DNA from: an uncultured delta proteobacterium
GTDB taxonomy: Bacteria > Myxococcota_A > Polyangia > Polyangiales > Polyangiaceae
DNA length: 64,000 nucleotides
NCBI GenBank assembly: GCA_963716725.1
Contig: CAVQUB010000005.1
Location: forward strand, 352,001 to 416,000
Reading direction: 5' to 3'
Shown: positions 28,453-38,376 of the stretch, piece after piece
Layout of the letters: each line of letters opens with the position of its first letter
Position numbering within the stretch: the first letter of the stretch is position 1
Translations under genes and position numbers: made by a program
The notes under the pieces: generated by a model
What the model was told of the DNA's origin: nothing
Database searches by the model: none
What the model saw: only the letters and a program-made list of their open reading frames with translations

Positions 28453-29345
28453 CGGATCCTCACGCGGTGGCGTACGAGCAGGCGAGCTGAGATGTTCAGG
28501 ATCAGGACCATGCCGACCAGGACCATGGCTGCGGCCCAGGCCTTCCTGTGCCAGTCGTCGTAGGGTGAGACCGCGTAGGTGTAGATCTGCACCGGCAGCG
28601 AGGCCGTCGGTTGTGTGAGGCCGGCGGGCCAGAACGAGTTGTTGAAGGCCGTGAACAGCAGCGGCGCCGTCTCGCCGGCGACCCGCGCGATGGCGAGCAT
28701 GATGCCCGTCGCGATGCCTGGCGCTGCCGTGCGCAGCACGACTTGGAGTGTCGCTCGCCACTTGGGAACCCCGAGACCGAGCGCGGCTTCGCGCAGCGAT
28801 GCGGGCACGAGCCGGAGCAGCTCTTCGGTGGTGCGAGTGACCGTCGGCAGCATCAAGACGGCGAGGGCGATCCCGCCGGCGTAAGCCGAGAAGCTCTTGG
28901 TGCGCAGCACGATCAGCGTGTAGACGAAGATCCCGACCGTGATGCTCGGCACGCCGGACATCACGTCCGCCGAGAAGCGAACCAACGTGGCGAAGCGGTT
29001 CTGCCCGAACTCCGCCAGGTAGATCCCGGCCAGCACGCCCGGCGGGATGCCGAACACGCAGGCGAGCCCGACCAGCTCGAGGGTGCCGACCAGCGCGTTG
29101 GCCATGCCGCCGCCCTCTTCGCCGACCGGCTTCGGCAACTCGGTGAAGAACGCCAGATCGATGCCGCCGATCCCCCGCGAGGTCACGTAGTAGAGGACGA
29201 GCCCCAGCGGGATCAGGGCGAGCACCGTCGCGACGAGGCAGAGGCCGCGCACCAGGGCATCGATGATCTTGCGCCGGCTGTGGCGCTCGGTCAGCGGCTC
29301 CCGCGGCGCGGGCGGCTCTCTCGGCGCGGGCGTCGAGGGCGTCAT
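28449..29345 (-). CDS. pstA: Phosphate ABC transporter permease
   Basis: [27 protein letters not shown]. Confidence 0.96.
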   Translation of the reverse strand: MTPSTPAPREPPAPREPLTERHSRRKIIDALVRGLCLVATVLALIPLGLVLYYVTSRGIGGIDLAFFTELPKPVGEEGGGMANALVGTLELVGLACVFGIPPGVLAGIYLAEFGQNRFATLVRFSADVMSGVPSITVGIFVYTLIVLRTKSFSAYAGGIALAVLMLPTVTRTTEELLRLVPASLREAALGLGVPKWRATLQVVLRTAAPGIATGIMLAIARVAGETAPLLFTAFNNSFWPAGLTQPTASLPVQIYTYAVSPYDDWHRKAWAAAMVLVGMVLILNISARLLVRHRVRIR

Positions 29346-30328
29346 GCTCGGGCTCCTTCCGGCGGGCGGCCCACACGCCACACCAGCGCGCGCGCGACGA
29401 TGTTCAGGATCAGCGTCAGCGCGAAGAGCAGGAGGCCGATCTCCGCCAGGGCGCCCAGGTGGATGTCGCCCGTGGCCTCGGTGAACTCGTTGGCGATGAC
29501 GCTCGCCATGGTGTACCCGGGCGCGAAGAGCGAGACGCTGATGTCGGCGCGATTGCCGATCACCATGGTGATGGCCATGGTCTCGCCCAGCGCGCGGCCG
29601 AGCCCCAGGATGATCGCGCCGACGATGCCCGATCGGGCGTAGGGCAGAATGGCGTAGCGCAGGGCCTCCCAGCGGGTTGATCCGAGGGCGAAGGCGCCTT
29701 CACGCAGCGTGTCGGGCACGGCGCGCAGCACCTCGCGCGACACGCTGGAGATGGTCGGCGTGATCATGATCGCCAAGATGATCCCACCGGCGAGCATGCC
29801 GAAGCCTTGGTGCGGGCCGCGAAAGAGCGGCAGAAATCCCAGCGCGTTGCCCAGGAAGGGCTCGGCGTGATTCCTGAGGAAGGGCGCCAGGGCGAAGATG
29901 CCCCAGAGGCCGTAGATCACGCTGGGCACCGCCGCGAGTAACTCGACCAAGAAGCTCACCGGAGATCGGAGCCAAGGGGGCGCGAACTCGGTGAGGAAGA
30001 TGGCGACACCGAGCGAGATCGGGACCGCGATGCAGAGCGCGAGGATCGAAGAGACCAGCGTACCGTAGATGAAGGGCAGCGCGCCAAAGGAGTCCCGCAC
30101 CGGATCCCAGTCGCGTCCGACGATGAATCGCCAGCCCGAGTGGGCGATGGAGGGACGCGCCGCGATCCACATCTCCATGGTCATCGCGCCGAGCACGAGC
30201 ACGATCGAGAGGCCGAAGAGCGCGGCGACCGAGCGGAACAGCACGTCACCCAGGTTCACCTCCGAGCCGAGTAGCGCGAGCAGGCGCGGTCTGCGCCGAG
30301 TCAGAGGCACGTCCGTCCGCGGGGCCAT
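29342..30328 (-). CDS. pstC: Phosphate ABC transporter permease
   Basis: [30 protein letters not shown]. Confidence 0.96.
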   Translation of the reverse strand: MAPRTDVPLTRRRPRLLALLGSEVNLGDVLFRSVAALFGLSIVLVLGAMTMEMWIAARPSIAHSGWRFIVGRDWDPVRDSFGALPFIYGTLVSSILALCIAVPISLGVAIFLTEFAPPWLRSPVSFLVELLAAVPSVIYGLWGIFALAPFLRNHAEPFLGNALGFLPLFRGPHQGFGMLAGGIILAIMITPTISSVSREVLRAVPDTLREGAFALGSTRWEALRYAILPYARSGIVGAIILGLGRALGETMAITMVIGNRADISVSLFAPGYTMASVIANEFTEATGDIHLGALAEIGLLLFALTLILNIVARALVWRVGRPPEGARA

Positions 30329-30329
30329 G

Positions 30330-31430
30330 TCATCCGCCTGGGTTCAGCTTCTCGGTGCCCGATCGCAGCGACCGGAGGCGCTCCTCGGTCTTCTCGATGA
30401 GCGGGGCGGGGAGCGGCGCGTAGTCGAGGTCAGCCGCGAACTTCTGGCCGTCGTGAATGGCCCACCACAGGAACTTCGCCAGGGCCTGACCCTTGTCCTT
30501 GTCCTTCGCGTCCTCGTAGACCAAGAGGTAGGTGAACGACGAGATGGGGTAGGCGTTGGCGCCCGCGGGATCAGTCAGCGAAGCCGTGAGCGACTCGCCG
30601 ACCTCGACGCCAGCGGCGGCGGCCGTGATGCTCTCGGCCGTCGGCTGCACGAACTTGCCAGCCTTGTTCTTCAGCTGCGCGATGGGCAGCTTGTTCTGGC
30701 GGGCGTAAGCCAGCTCGACGTAGCCGATGGTGAAGGGCGTGGTCTTCACCTGACCGGTCACGCCTTCGTTGCCCTTGGCGCCCAGGCCGACCGGCCACTT
30801 CACGCTCTTTCCCGCTCCGACCCTGTCCTTGTATTCGCTCGAGACCTTCGCCAAGTAGTCGGTGAACACCGCGGTCGTGCCGCTGCCATCGGAGCGGTAG
30901 ACGACGGCGATGGATTGGTCGGGCAGCTTGGCGCCGGGATTCTCCGCGGCGAGCTTGGGGTCGTTCCACTTCTTGATGGTGCCGAGGTAGACGCCGGCGA
31001 TCGCATCAGCGCTCAGCTTCAGCGGCGAGCTCAGCTCCGGAAGGTTGTAGGTGAGCACTACTGCGCCGAGCGTCGTGGGGATGTGATGCAGCTTGGCCGG
31101 TGCCTTCTGCGCTTCGTCGGCGGTCATCGGCGCGTCCGTCGCGCCGAAGTCGACGGTCTTCGCGCTGATCTGCCGGATGCCTCCGCCGGAGCCGATGGAC
31201 TGGTAGTTGATCCGGATGGTCGGGTTCGCCTTGTTGTATTCGCTCATCCACTTGCTGTAGAGCGGGTACGGGAAGGTCGCGCCGGCGCCGTTGAGTGTCA
31301 CCGCGCCGGTGACCGTGGGGCCGCCCGATCCGCTCCCCGGCCGAGTGGACGAGTCGGGCTTCGAGCAAGCGAACACAGCAGCGAGCGGCAGGCAGGCGAG
31401 ACCGAGAACCAGATTTCTTCGAGCGATCAT
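30330..31430 (-). CDS. pstS: Phosphate-binding lipoprotein
   Basis: GAGATFP, YQSIGSGGG, DFGATD, RSDGSGTT, GAKGNEGV, IGYVE. Confidence 0.97.
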   Translation of the reverse strand: MIARRNLVLGLACLPLAAVFACSKPDSSTRPGSGSGGPTVTGAVTLNGAGATFPYPLYSKWMSEYNKANPTIRINYQSIGSGGGIRQISAKTVDFGATDAPMTADEAQKAPAKLHHIPTTLGAVVLTYNLPELSSPLKLSADAIAGVYLGTIKKWNDPKLAAENPGAKLPDQSIAVVYRSDGSGTTAVFTDYLAKVSSEYKDRVGAGKSVKWPVGLGAKGNEGVTGQVKTTPFTIGYVELAYARQNKLPIAQLKNKAGKFVQPTAESITAAAAGVEVGESLTASLTDPAGANAYPISSFTYLLVYEDAKDKDKGQALAKFLWWAIHDGQKFAADLDYAPLPAPLIEKTEERLRSLRSGTEKLNPGG

Positions 31431-31466
31431 GGTCCGACTCTCTTAGCCGTCGAGAGCGGCGCGCCT

Positions 31467-31494
31467 GCGACAAGCGCGTGACGATTGGGTGACG
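31467..31494 (-). promoter_or_regulatory. Pho box array upstream of pstS
   Basis: Minus-strand CGTCAC, CGTCAC, TGTCGC at exact 11-bp spacing (plus positions 31489, 31478, 31467). Confidence 0.75.
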
Positions 31495-31499
31495 CTCGC

Positions 31500-32730
31500 T
31501 CAGAAGGCGACTTGCGCGGCCAGGATCAGCTCGTGGCGAGTCGTGGCGAGGTCGGAGTCGAACACGCTGTAGCTCGCCTGGAGCTTCATCTCGTGCTTCC
31601 TCAAGTAGTAGTTGAAGCCGCCTTCATACACCCAGGACTCGTCCTCCTTGGCGGTCGAGTCCTCTTTGGTGTTCGGGTCGATGAAGCCGATGCGCGCGAT
31701 GGGCTGCAGGCGGTCGAAGAAGGTGTAGCCCGCGGCCGCGTAGAATCCTTGACCGGGGATGCGATCCGCTCCGGTTACCGGCACGTCCCAGGAACGGACG
31801 TACTCGGCCTGCAGCAGCGCGCCGGCCGCCTCGACGCGGAGCTCGCCGTCGACGCGGTCCTTGGTGCCGGCACGATCTCGCTCGGTGACGCCCATGTACC
31901 CGACCGCGCCCAGCATGATCTGTTTGATAGGGTAGGCTTCGACTCGGAGGCCGACGTCCTTCTGGTTGTTCGAGTCCGCCTTGTTTTGCCCCTCGCCGTT
32001 CAACACGCTGAGCGAGTAGTAGAGCTTGTCGCCGAAGAGCTTCTTGTCGACGCGCAGTCCGATGTCGCGCTTGTCGCCAAAACGGCGCACGACCGCCGCA
32101 CGCTCCGGGAACAGCAGCTTCGACGACCCGTTGTAGCCTTCCCAGGTCACCGGCATCTTGAACTGTCCGAAGGAGACATCGGCGTAGTCGCTCATGAAGG
32201 TGACGAAGAAGTCCTGCAAGATCGAGATGGTGCTCTGGCTCGCCGGCTGTTGCTGGACCGCGACGCTGGTCGAGCCGTCTGCGGTGGGCGCCGTGGTCTT
32301 CTGCGGTTCGAGCACCTTGGCTGGATCGATCATGAGCTGATACGCGACGCGCATCGGCACGATCTCGCCCTTGATGCGGATCTCAGCGCGGCGCAGCCGG
32401 AAGGTCGAGGGCGCCTTCACACCCTTCTGCCGCGGCACGAACAACCAGCCTTGGAGCAGCGCGCCGGGTTGGAACCACCCCTCTTTGCCCACGGACAGCT
32501 TCGACGGCTCGTCGCTCCGCTCAAGCGGCGGCGGGGGCTCGGGGGCCGACGGCGGGAGTGCCGGCGCGAGTGAGGGAGCAGCTTCCGCAGCTGCTGCGGC
32601 GGGAGGATCCGCGGCCGGAGGAGCGGGCTCGGTCAGGATCGGGCTCCGGGGCCGGCTCGCCCTGGGCGAATGCGGGGACGGTGTGGCATAGCGCGAGCAG
32701 GACGCCCGCTGTCGACAGGGAGATGCGCAT
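31500..32730 (-). CDS. Phosphate-selective porin, OprO/OprP-like (frameshift near 32635)
   Basis: Signal peptide MRISLSTAG..AFAQ; FRLRRAEI, GQFKMP, RDIG, terminal QVAF; located in the pst cluster. Confidence 0.8.
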
Positions 32731-32764
32731 GGTGTTGACCTCTCGGTGCTTTTGCTCGCCTCGT

Positions 32765-32792
32765 GTGACGGCGACGTGACAAGGGCGTGAGA
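32765..32792 (-). promoter_or_regulatory. Pho box array upstream of the porin
   Basis: Minus-strand TCTCAC-N5-TGTCAC-N5-CGTCAC, 11-bp period. Confidence 0.8.
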
Positions 32793-32829
32793 TTCGAGAA
32801 AAATGAGCGGTTCGACGGGAGAGACGGTG

Positions 32830-33348
32830 ATGAACTACCTCAGCTGCGTGGCGATTGCGACGGCCGCGTGGCTCGCCGTAGGCTGCGGTTGTGCGGCATC
32901 GAACGAGCGCCAATCGGAACGGGGGGCGACCATCGGGGCCCCGAAGCACGAGGCGTGGGGCGCCTACTTCTCGCTCCCGCCCGGGTTCAGCGGCGGAGAG
33001 AACGACGCTGGCGGCATCGAGCTGACCGATGGCGAGATCGCCGTCATGGTCGGTCGTCACCCGATCGACGAAGGTGAGTCGTTCGAGAGTTTTGCCGAGG
33101 CGAGACGCCGTTCCCTCGCCGACCTCGGCGCTGCGTCGACGCTGCTGCGGTCGGCGCACCGGATCGGCGATCGCGACGGTTTCGTCTTCTCGGGGCGCGG
33201 CGCCGACGGCGTCGAGCTGCGCCTCTTGCTCGTGCCGCTCGATCCGCGCACCGGCCTCAGTTTCTTGCTGGTCGGCGAGGCCGGTCGGGCCGGTCGCCTG
33301 GACCTCGCTTGGACGACGCTGCTCGGCTCCCTCGAGCTGCCGAAGTGA
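32830..33348 (+). CDS. Hypothetical lipoprotein
   Basis: AVGC lipobox-like motif; host-like codon use. Confidence 0.6.
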   Translation: MNYLSCVAIATAAWLAVGCGCAASNERQSERGATIGAPKHEAWGAYFSLPPGFSGGENDAGGIELTDGEIAVMVGRHPIDEGESFESFAEARRRSLADLGAASTLLRSAHRIGDRDGFVFSGRGADGVELRLLLVPLDPRTGLSFLLVGEAGRAGRLDLAWTTLLGSLELPK

Positions 33349-33391
33349 ACGATTCGCGCTCCGCGGCGGCGCTTGCTATGGTCGGGGCTCG

Positions 33392-33757
33392 GTGACAGAA
33401 CCCAAGAACGACGAGGGCTTGGACACCGCGGCCATCGACGATGGCTGGGGTGATGACGACCCTGGAAAGTACCCGGAGGGGCACCCCGAGCTGGTGCCGG
33501 CGGAGAGCCCTGCGCCAGCGCTCCCGAAGCCCGTCATCGAAGCGGTTCACAAGCCGGTGCCCCGTGCGCCTGCAGCGCCGCTTCCCTCCGCCTCGGCGGC
33601 GTCCGACGACGACATCGAGTTCGAACAAGACGTCATCGCGCGTGATTCGATGCCGACCGTTCAGCACCCGAACCCGCTCCAGTTCGATCAGGATCCCGAC
33701 GCAAAGACCCGGGTGCCCAAGCCGCCGCCGCTGCCGAAGTTCAGGAAGAAGCGCTAG
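33392..33757 (+). CDS. Acidic Pro-rich hypothetical protein
   Basis: IDDGW and KTRVP motifs; low complexity. Confidence 0.5.
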   Translation: MTEPKNDEGLDTAAIDDGWGDDDPGKYPEGHPELVPAESPAPALPKPVIEAVHKPVPRAPAAPLPSASAASDDDIEFEQDVIARDSMPTVQHPNPLQFDQDPDAKTRVPKPPPLPKFRKKR

Positions 33758-35567
33758 TCTCGCCGCCGGCCGCTGCGGTGGATGCCGGACGCTCGACCGC
33801 AGGCGGCAGCGTCGTGCGTAGGGTGAATGAGAACCGTGCTCCCTTGCCGTGTTCGCTCTCCACTCGCGTCGCTCCGCCCATGGCCTCGACCAGGTGCTTG
33901 ACGATGGAGAGGCCGAGCCCCGTGCCCCCGAGCTCTCGCGACCGCCCGGCGTCCACGCGGTAGAAGCGTTCGAACAGCCGTGGCAAATGGCGCGCCTCGA
34001 TGCCGGGACCGTCGTCCGCGACCTCGACTCGGATGAGGTCGCCCTCCTCGCGAGCGCCGATCGTGATCGTCGAGCCGCTAGCGCAGTACTTGACAGCGTT
34101 GTCGACGAGATTGGTGAGCACGTGCTCGAGTGCCTTCTCGTCCACCACGACCTTGGGCAGCGATTCGAGCACCGCGCACACCAGTCGAACGCCCTTCTTG
34201 TCCGCGCGGTCGCGGAACAAAGCGATCACACTCTCCGTCCGTCGCTGGAGATGCACGGGCGAGAAGCGGAGCTGGTAGGTCTGGGACTCGATGCGGGAAA
34301 GATCCAGGAGGTCTTCGACCAGCTCGCGGAGGCGCTCGGCGTTGCGATCGATCATGGCCAAGAAGTGCCGTGCAGCCTCGGGATCCCGCTCCAGGGCCCC
34401 GTCCAGCGTCTCGGCGGCCGAGCGAATGGCCGTCACCGGTGTGCGAAGCTCGTGGGACACGTTGGCCACGAAGTCTCGCCGCATGGTCTCGAGCCGACGC
34501 GTGTCGGTGACGTCCACGAACACAGCGAGGGTGCCGCCTTGCTCGCCCGGCAGTGGAGCGGCTCGCACCAAGAGGCGGCGCGGTTTGAGCCCGCCGACCT
34601 CGATCTCGCGCGACCGGGTCTGGTCATGCTCCGAGCACTCGTCCAGTAGGGACTTCAGCTCCGCGTGGCGGATCACTTCCAGCGGGGTCTGGCCTTGGGC
34701 GTCCGACGGCAGCAGGAGCATTTCGCGCAGCGCGGGATTGACCAGCGCGACGCGCCCGTCGCGGTCGACGAGCAGCACGCCTTCGGCCATCCCGCTCAAG
34801 ATCCCGGCCACGCGATCGCGCTCGACACGCAGTTCCGTGAGCGTCGAGCTCAAGCTGGAAGCGAGCTGATCTAGAGCGCGTCCCAACTCGCCGATCTCGT
34901 CCTGCTCGGATTGCCGAGTCCGCGTCTCGAGGTCTCCCGCTGCCATTCGGCGAGCCGCCTCGGTCAACGCATGGGCGTCTCTCCAGACGAGCTGCGCTGC
35001 GGCGCTCGAAAGCACGATGGCGATGGCGATGGCCATCAGCGCTGCAACGGTGGCGAGCCGCTGCAGGCCGGAGACGACTGCGTCCACTCGCTCGAGCGAT
35101 ACGGACAGGCGAGCCACTCCCACGAGCTTGCTGCCCTGCTGCACCGGCTCCGCCAGGTAGAGCATGCGTCGTCCGACCGTCGCGCTCAGTCGGACCTCCT
35201 CGCCGGGCAGACCGGCGATCGCGGCCTTGACCTCGGGTCGGTCGCGGTGGTTCTCGACCCTCGAAATCTCGGCGTGGTTCAGCTCGGAATCGCCGAACAC
35301 CGCGCCGTTGGGTGAAATCAGCGTTACCCGCGCCTCGGCGCGCTGCCCGAGGATTTGCGCCAGTGTCTGCCACTGGTCTGGCGAGCGCGCCTTCGAATCG
35401 CCGATTTCTCGGGCGACCAGCCGCGCCCGTACCCGCAGATCGGAGCGCACGCTGGCCAGCGTGGACTGCTCCAACGCGCCCCGCAGGTAGGCGTAGCTCA
35501 CGAAGACCGGAACCAGGATCAGGCCGAGGGACAGCAAGAAGAGCTTGGCACGGATGCCCAGCTTCAA
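33741..35567 (-). CDS. phoR: Phosphate regulon sensor kinase
   Basis: TM-ENH..RPE-TM-HAMP-PAS; DFVANVSHELRTP; RLFERFYRVD; GGTGLGLSIVKH. Confidence 0.93.
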   Translation of the reverse strand: MKLGIRAKLFLLSLGLILVPVFVSYAYLRGALEQSTLASVRSDLRVRARLVAREIGDSKARSPDQWQTLAQILGQRAEARVTLISPNGAVFGDSELNHAEISRVENHRDRPEVKAAIAGLPGEEVRLSATVGRRMLYLAEPVQQGSKLVGVARLSVSLERVDAVVSGLQRLATVAALMAIAIAIVLSSAAAQLVWRDAHALTEAARRMAAGDLETRTRQSEQDEIGELGRALDQLASSLSSTLTELRVERDRVAGILSGMAEGVLLVDRDGRVALVNPALREMLLLPSDAQGQTPLEVIRHAELKSLLDECSEHDQTRSREIEVGGLKPRRLLVRAAPLPGEQGGTLAVFVDVTDTRRLETMRRDFVANVSHELRTPVTAIRSAAETLDGALERDPEAARHFLAMIDRNAERLRELVEDLLDLSRIESQTYQLRFSPVHLQRRTESVIALFRDRADKKGVRLVCAVLESLPKVVVDEKALEHVLTNLVDNAVKYCASGSTITIGAREEGDLIRVEVADDGPGIEARHLPRLFERFYRVDAGRSRELGGTGLGLSIVKHLVEAMGGATRVESEHGKGARFSFTLRTTLPPAVERPASTAAAGGETSASS

Positions 35568-36271
35568 GTCGAGCCCTCGTCGGGAGCGTCCCGGAAGCGA
35601 TAGCCGACGCCGCGCACCGTCTCCACGTAGTCGCGGGCGCTCTCCAGCTTCTCGCGCAGACGCTTGACGTGCGTGTCCACGGTGCGCGTCGTGATGTCCG
35701 CTTGGATGCCCCAGACGTCATCGAGCAGCGCAGCCCGGGTCTGCACGCGATTCTTCCGATCGTAGAGCGTGACCAGAAGGCGGAACTCCAGGGCGGTCAG
35801 CTCGATTTCGCTTTCGTCGACCCAGACACGGTGCGCCCCTCGATCGATCCTGAGCGATCCGAACTCGATGCTGGCCGTGGTGGCTGGCGGTCGCTCACTG
35901 CTCGAGGCGCGGCGCAAGATGGCCTGAATGCGGAGCAGGAGCTCGCGCACGCTGAAGGGTTTGACGATGTAGTCGTCGACGCCGAGTTCGAAGCCGACGA
36001 CGCGGTCGATCTCTTCGCCGCGCGCCGTCAGCATCACCACCGGAATCGCGCGCGTCGTCGGATCGTCCTTCAGCGCCCGGCAGACCTCGGTGCCGGCGAG
36101 GTCGGGCAGCATCAGGTCCAGCAAGATCAGGTCCGGCGCCTCGGCGCGCGCCAAGCGCAACCCGTCCGCGCCTCGTCCGGCGGAGATGGCTTCGTGTCCC
36201 GCTCCGCGCAGGTTGTACGTCAGCACCTGCTGCAGGTCTGGTTCGTCCTCGATGACGAGCACTTTGGCCAT
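35564..36271 (-). CDS. phoB: Phosphate regulon response regulator
   Basis: LLDLMLP, MLTARGEE.DRV.G, RTVDTHVKRLR.KL, ETVRGVGYRF. Confidence 0.93.
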   Translation of the reverse strand: MAKVLVIEDEPDLQQVLTYNLRGAGHEAISAGRGADGLRLARAEAPDLILLDLMLPDLAGTEVCRALKDDPTTRAIPVVMLTARGEEIDRVVGFELGVDDYIVKPFSVRELLLRIQAILRRASSSERPPATTASIEFGSLRIDRGAHRVWVDESEIELTALEFRLLVTLYDRKNRVQTRAALLDDVWGIQADITTRTVDTHVKRLREKLESARDYVETVRGVGYRFRDAPDEGST

Positions 36272-36294
36272 CGCCCCTTCAGTACCCCGAGTCT

Positions 36295-36311
36295 GTGACG
36301 AACGGGTGACG
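36295..36311 (-). promoter_or_regulatory. Pho box upstream of phoB
   Basis: CGTCAC-N5-CGTCAC on the minus strand. Confidence 0.7.
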
Positions 36312-36548
36312 ACGTCCGCGAGGGGCAGAATCATACTCCGACAGCGCGCGAAAGTCCGTGCGTTCTGCGGTCGCGGGTGGCGTTCCCGACCGCAATTGCT
36401 GCGCGTCTCGCCCGTGGCGCGAAGCGCGGGATTCCGGTCTGGCTCGGGTCCCATTTCGAGCGTACTCTCGAAGCATATTCTCGTGTCGGGGGACCGGCGC
36501 GTCTCTTTCGTTGGCTTCGCAGCGCGTGGCAACCGGGAGGTGATGGCG

Positions 36549-36932
36549 ATGGCATTTGAAGGAATCGAGCGACGGTCGAACCGGCGTGTCGACGTTCCGG
36601 CGACGGCGACGTTGGTGCGTGGAGGGGCGACCGCGAGTCGCTTCATCGTGGCGAATCTCTCCGCCGCAGGTGCGCTCTTGATCGGCGACAGCGAGCTGGG
36701 TCGAGGCGACTCGGCCCTGATGCGGATCGAGTCGCCGGGCTGCGAGCCGGTGCTCGTGAGAGCGCGCATCCTGCGCGGCGGCAACGGCGACGGCGTGAAC
36801 GCCCTGGCGGTCGAGTTCCGACACCGGAGCCCCGATACCGAGGACGCCATTCAAGACGTCGTGCTCTGTGCGCTCGAGGCGGAGGCCCGGTCGTATCGCC
36901 ACCCGTCGGACGTGGTGGACGCGTTCGTCTGA
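36549..36932 (+). CDS. PilZ domain protein
   Basis: ERRSNRR (RxxxR) and NLSAAG (D/NxSxxG); GGAGG RBS. Confidence 0.85.
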   Translation: MAFEGIERRSNRRVDVPATATLVRGGATASRFIVANLSAAGALLIGDSELGRGDSALMRIESPGCEPVLVRARILRGGNGDGVNALAVEFRHRSPDTEDAIQDVVLCALEAEARSYRHPSDVVDAFV

Positions 36933-37206
36933 AGGCGTGTCGAAAAGTGGCGGAGAGCAAGCCGGCGGAGCCGGCCCACCCCGTCGAGTGTCGCGCAGCG
37001 CGTCGCGTGGGGTGGGGAGGCCCAGCGCTCCGAATCCGATGCAAGCGCGTGCGAACTGGCTGCGACTCATCCGACCTCTAGCGCGCGCAACGAAAAGAAA
37101 CCGAAGGCGACCGCACGACGCTGTCCAAGCGAGCCTCGCCGCCCGAACAGCAGAGGGTGCCCACGCTCGACAGTTGAACCGGAGCGAGGTGCTGCGCTGC
37201 TGGCGA

Positions 37207-37735
37207 TCAGCCGTCGAGCATTTCCTGAAGCGCGTAGAGCGTCTTCTGCGGAAACCTCGCGAGCGGGTAGAACCGCTCGAGAAGCTCCAGCGCTGCCTCG
37301 TACGCCGCCAAATTCAGGTAGCGGAGCAAGTAGCGAATGTCCGCTTCATCGTGAAATTCGGGTCCTAGCCGCATGGCCAGGCACTTCATCGCCAGCAGGT
37401 ACTCCGGCGTGGCGGTTGAAACCGTGAGGTTCGGCAAGACGAGATACGGGGCGAAAGAGCCGCGCGCACTGAGGTATCCCTTGGCTGCGTCGTTCAGCCA
37501 GTCCGCTGCCAGCCCGTGCTCGTGCCCGACTCGAGCCGCTGCCTCTCTCAGCTCCCGCGTGGGAGCAAACAGCGCGTCCACGTCGCGTGTCGCCTCCCGC
37601 GCCCCGTATACTAGGCACATCACGGCGCCGCCAATCACGTAGAATCTCACCGTGCACGTTGCGCGTGCCGAGGGCGCCGTCGAGCGCGCTGAACAACACT
37701 CTGATTTGCGCCGCGGTGAGCGCACTCTCGCTCAC
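37207..37735 (-). CDS. Nucleotidyltransferase-fold toxin candidate (DUF6036/AbiEii-like; frameshift ~37645)
   Basis: YVIGGAVM, ATRDVD, WLND, YLLAMKC..R...D..D. The GTG start overlaps the upstream stop codon. Confidence 0.75.
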
Positions 37736-38223
37736 ACGCGGCCTCCGACCGATGTGTCGACGAACAAGTTGCGGCGGCGGAACGCGGGCGGTGAGCTCGC
37801 CAGCAGGTGCAAGCGAAGACTCCGGAGCTCGGTTGCAAACCACGGCGTTGGGAGGGCAGCAGTTCCGAGCACCCACTCCGGCACACGCGCGTGCTTCAGT
37901 GAAGCCGCGTGCTCGATCATCGCCGCCACGAGCGCGTCGTCGGGGCTCGCCAGCCGCAGCGGCGCCGGGTCTTCGAGCACCCGGTAAAGCTCTTCCGAGC
38001 CGAGACCGCCAAAGAAGTCGTGCAGGGCAGCGAGGCTGAGCGACCGGCGCTCGCCAGCCGCAAGCTCGCGCAAGAGTCGCTCGAACTGCGCTCGCTTGGG
38101 CGGAAAGGCCACGGAGAGCACCCACTCCGACACGCTCATTCCGGCGGCTCGGGCCCGCTGCCGCAGCAGCGCCTTCTGTCGCGAGGAAACGCGGATCTGT
38201 AGCTGAGAACCCTTGGTTTCCAT
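37732..38223 (-). CDS. Ribbon-helix-helix antitoxin/regulator candidate
   Basis: SQLQIRVS..QK..L...A..AGMSVSEWV; C-terminal SPPAFRRRNLFV. Confidence 0.75.
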   Translation of the reverse strand: METKGSQLQIRVSSRQKALLRQRARAAGMSVSEWVLSVAFPPKRAQFERLLRELAAGERRSLSLAALHDFFGGLGSEELYRVLEDPAPLRLASPDDALVAAMIEHAASLKHARVPEWVLGTAALPTPWFATELRSLRLHLLASSPPAFRRRNLFVDTSVGGRV

Positions 38224-38231
38224 GCCACTTC

Positions 38232-38276
38232 AGGGTGCGCCCAGCCTCGGTCGATGTCAATACTCCTGTATTGACA
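38232..38276 (-). promoter_or_regulatory. Sigma-70-type promoter with overlapping palindromic operator
   Basis: Perfect inverted repeat TGTCAATAC-TCCT-GTATTGACA (38255-38276); minus-strand TTGACA-17bp-CACCCT just before ATG 38223. Confidence 0.75.
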
Positions 38277-38376
38277 GGCTGTAAGACGAAGCCAACTCGC
38301 GCCCCTCGCGTTCGACGGTCGCCAGACGAGAGACGGTGGGGTCCGACCTGCTGTTGGTCGAGAGTTCGTGAGCGTG

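Noticed and set aside
36940..37200. GC-rich hairpins downstream of the TA module as an ncRNA or att site
   Set aside because: A CCCACCCC..GGGGTGGG stem is present, but there is no second copy in the window or family signature.
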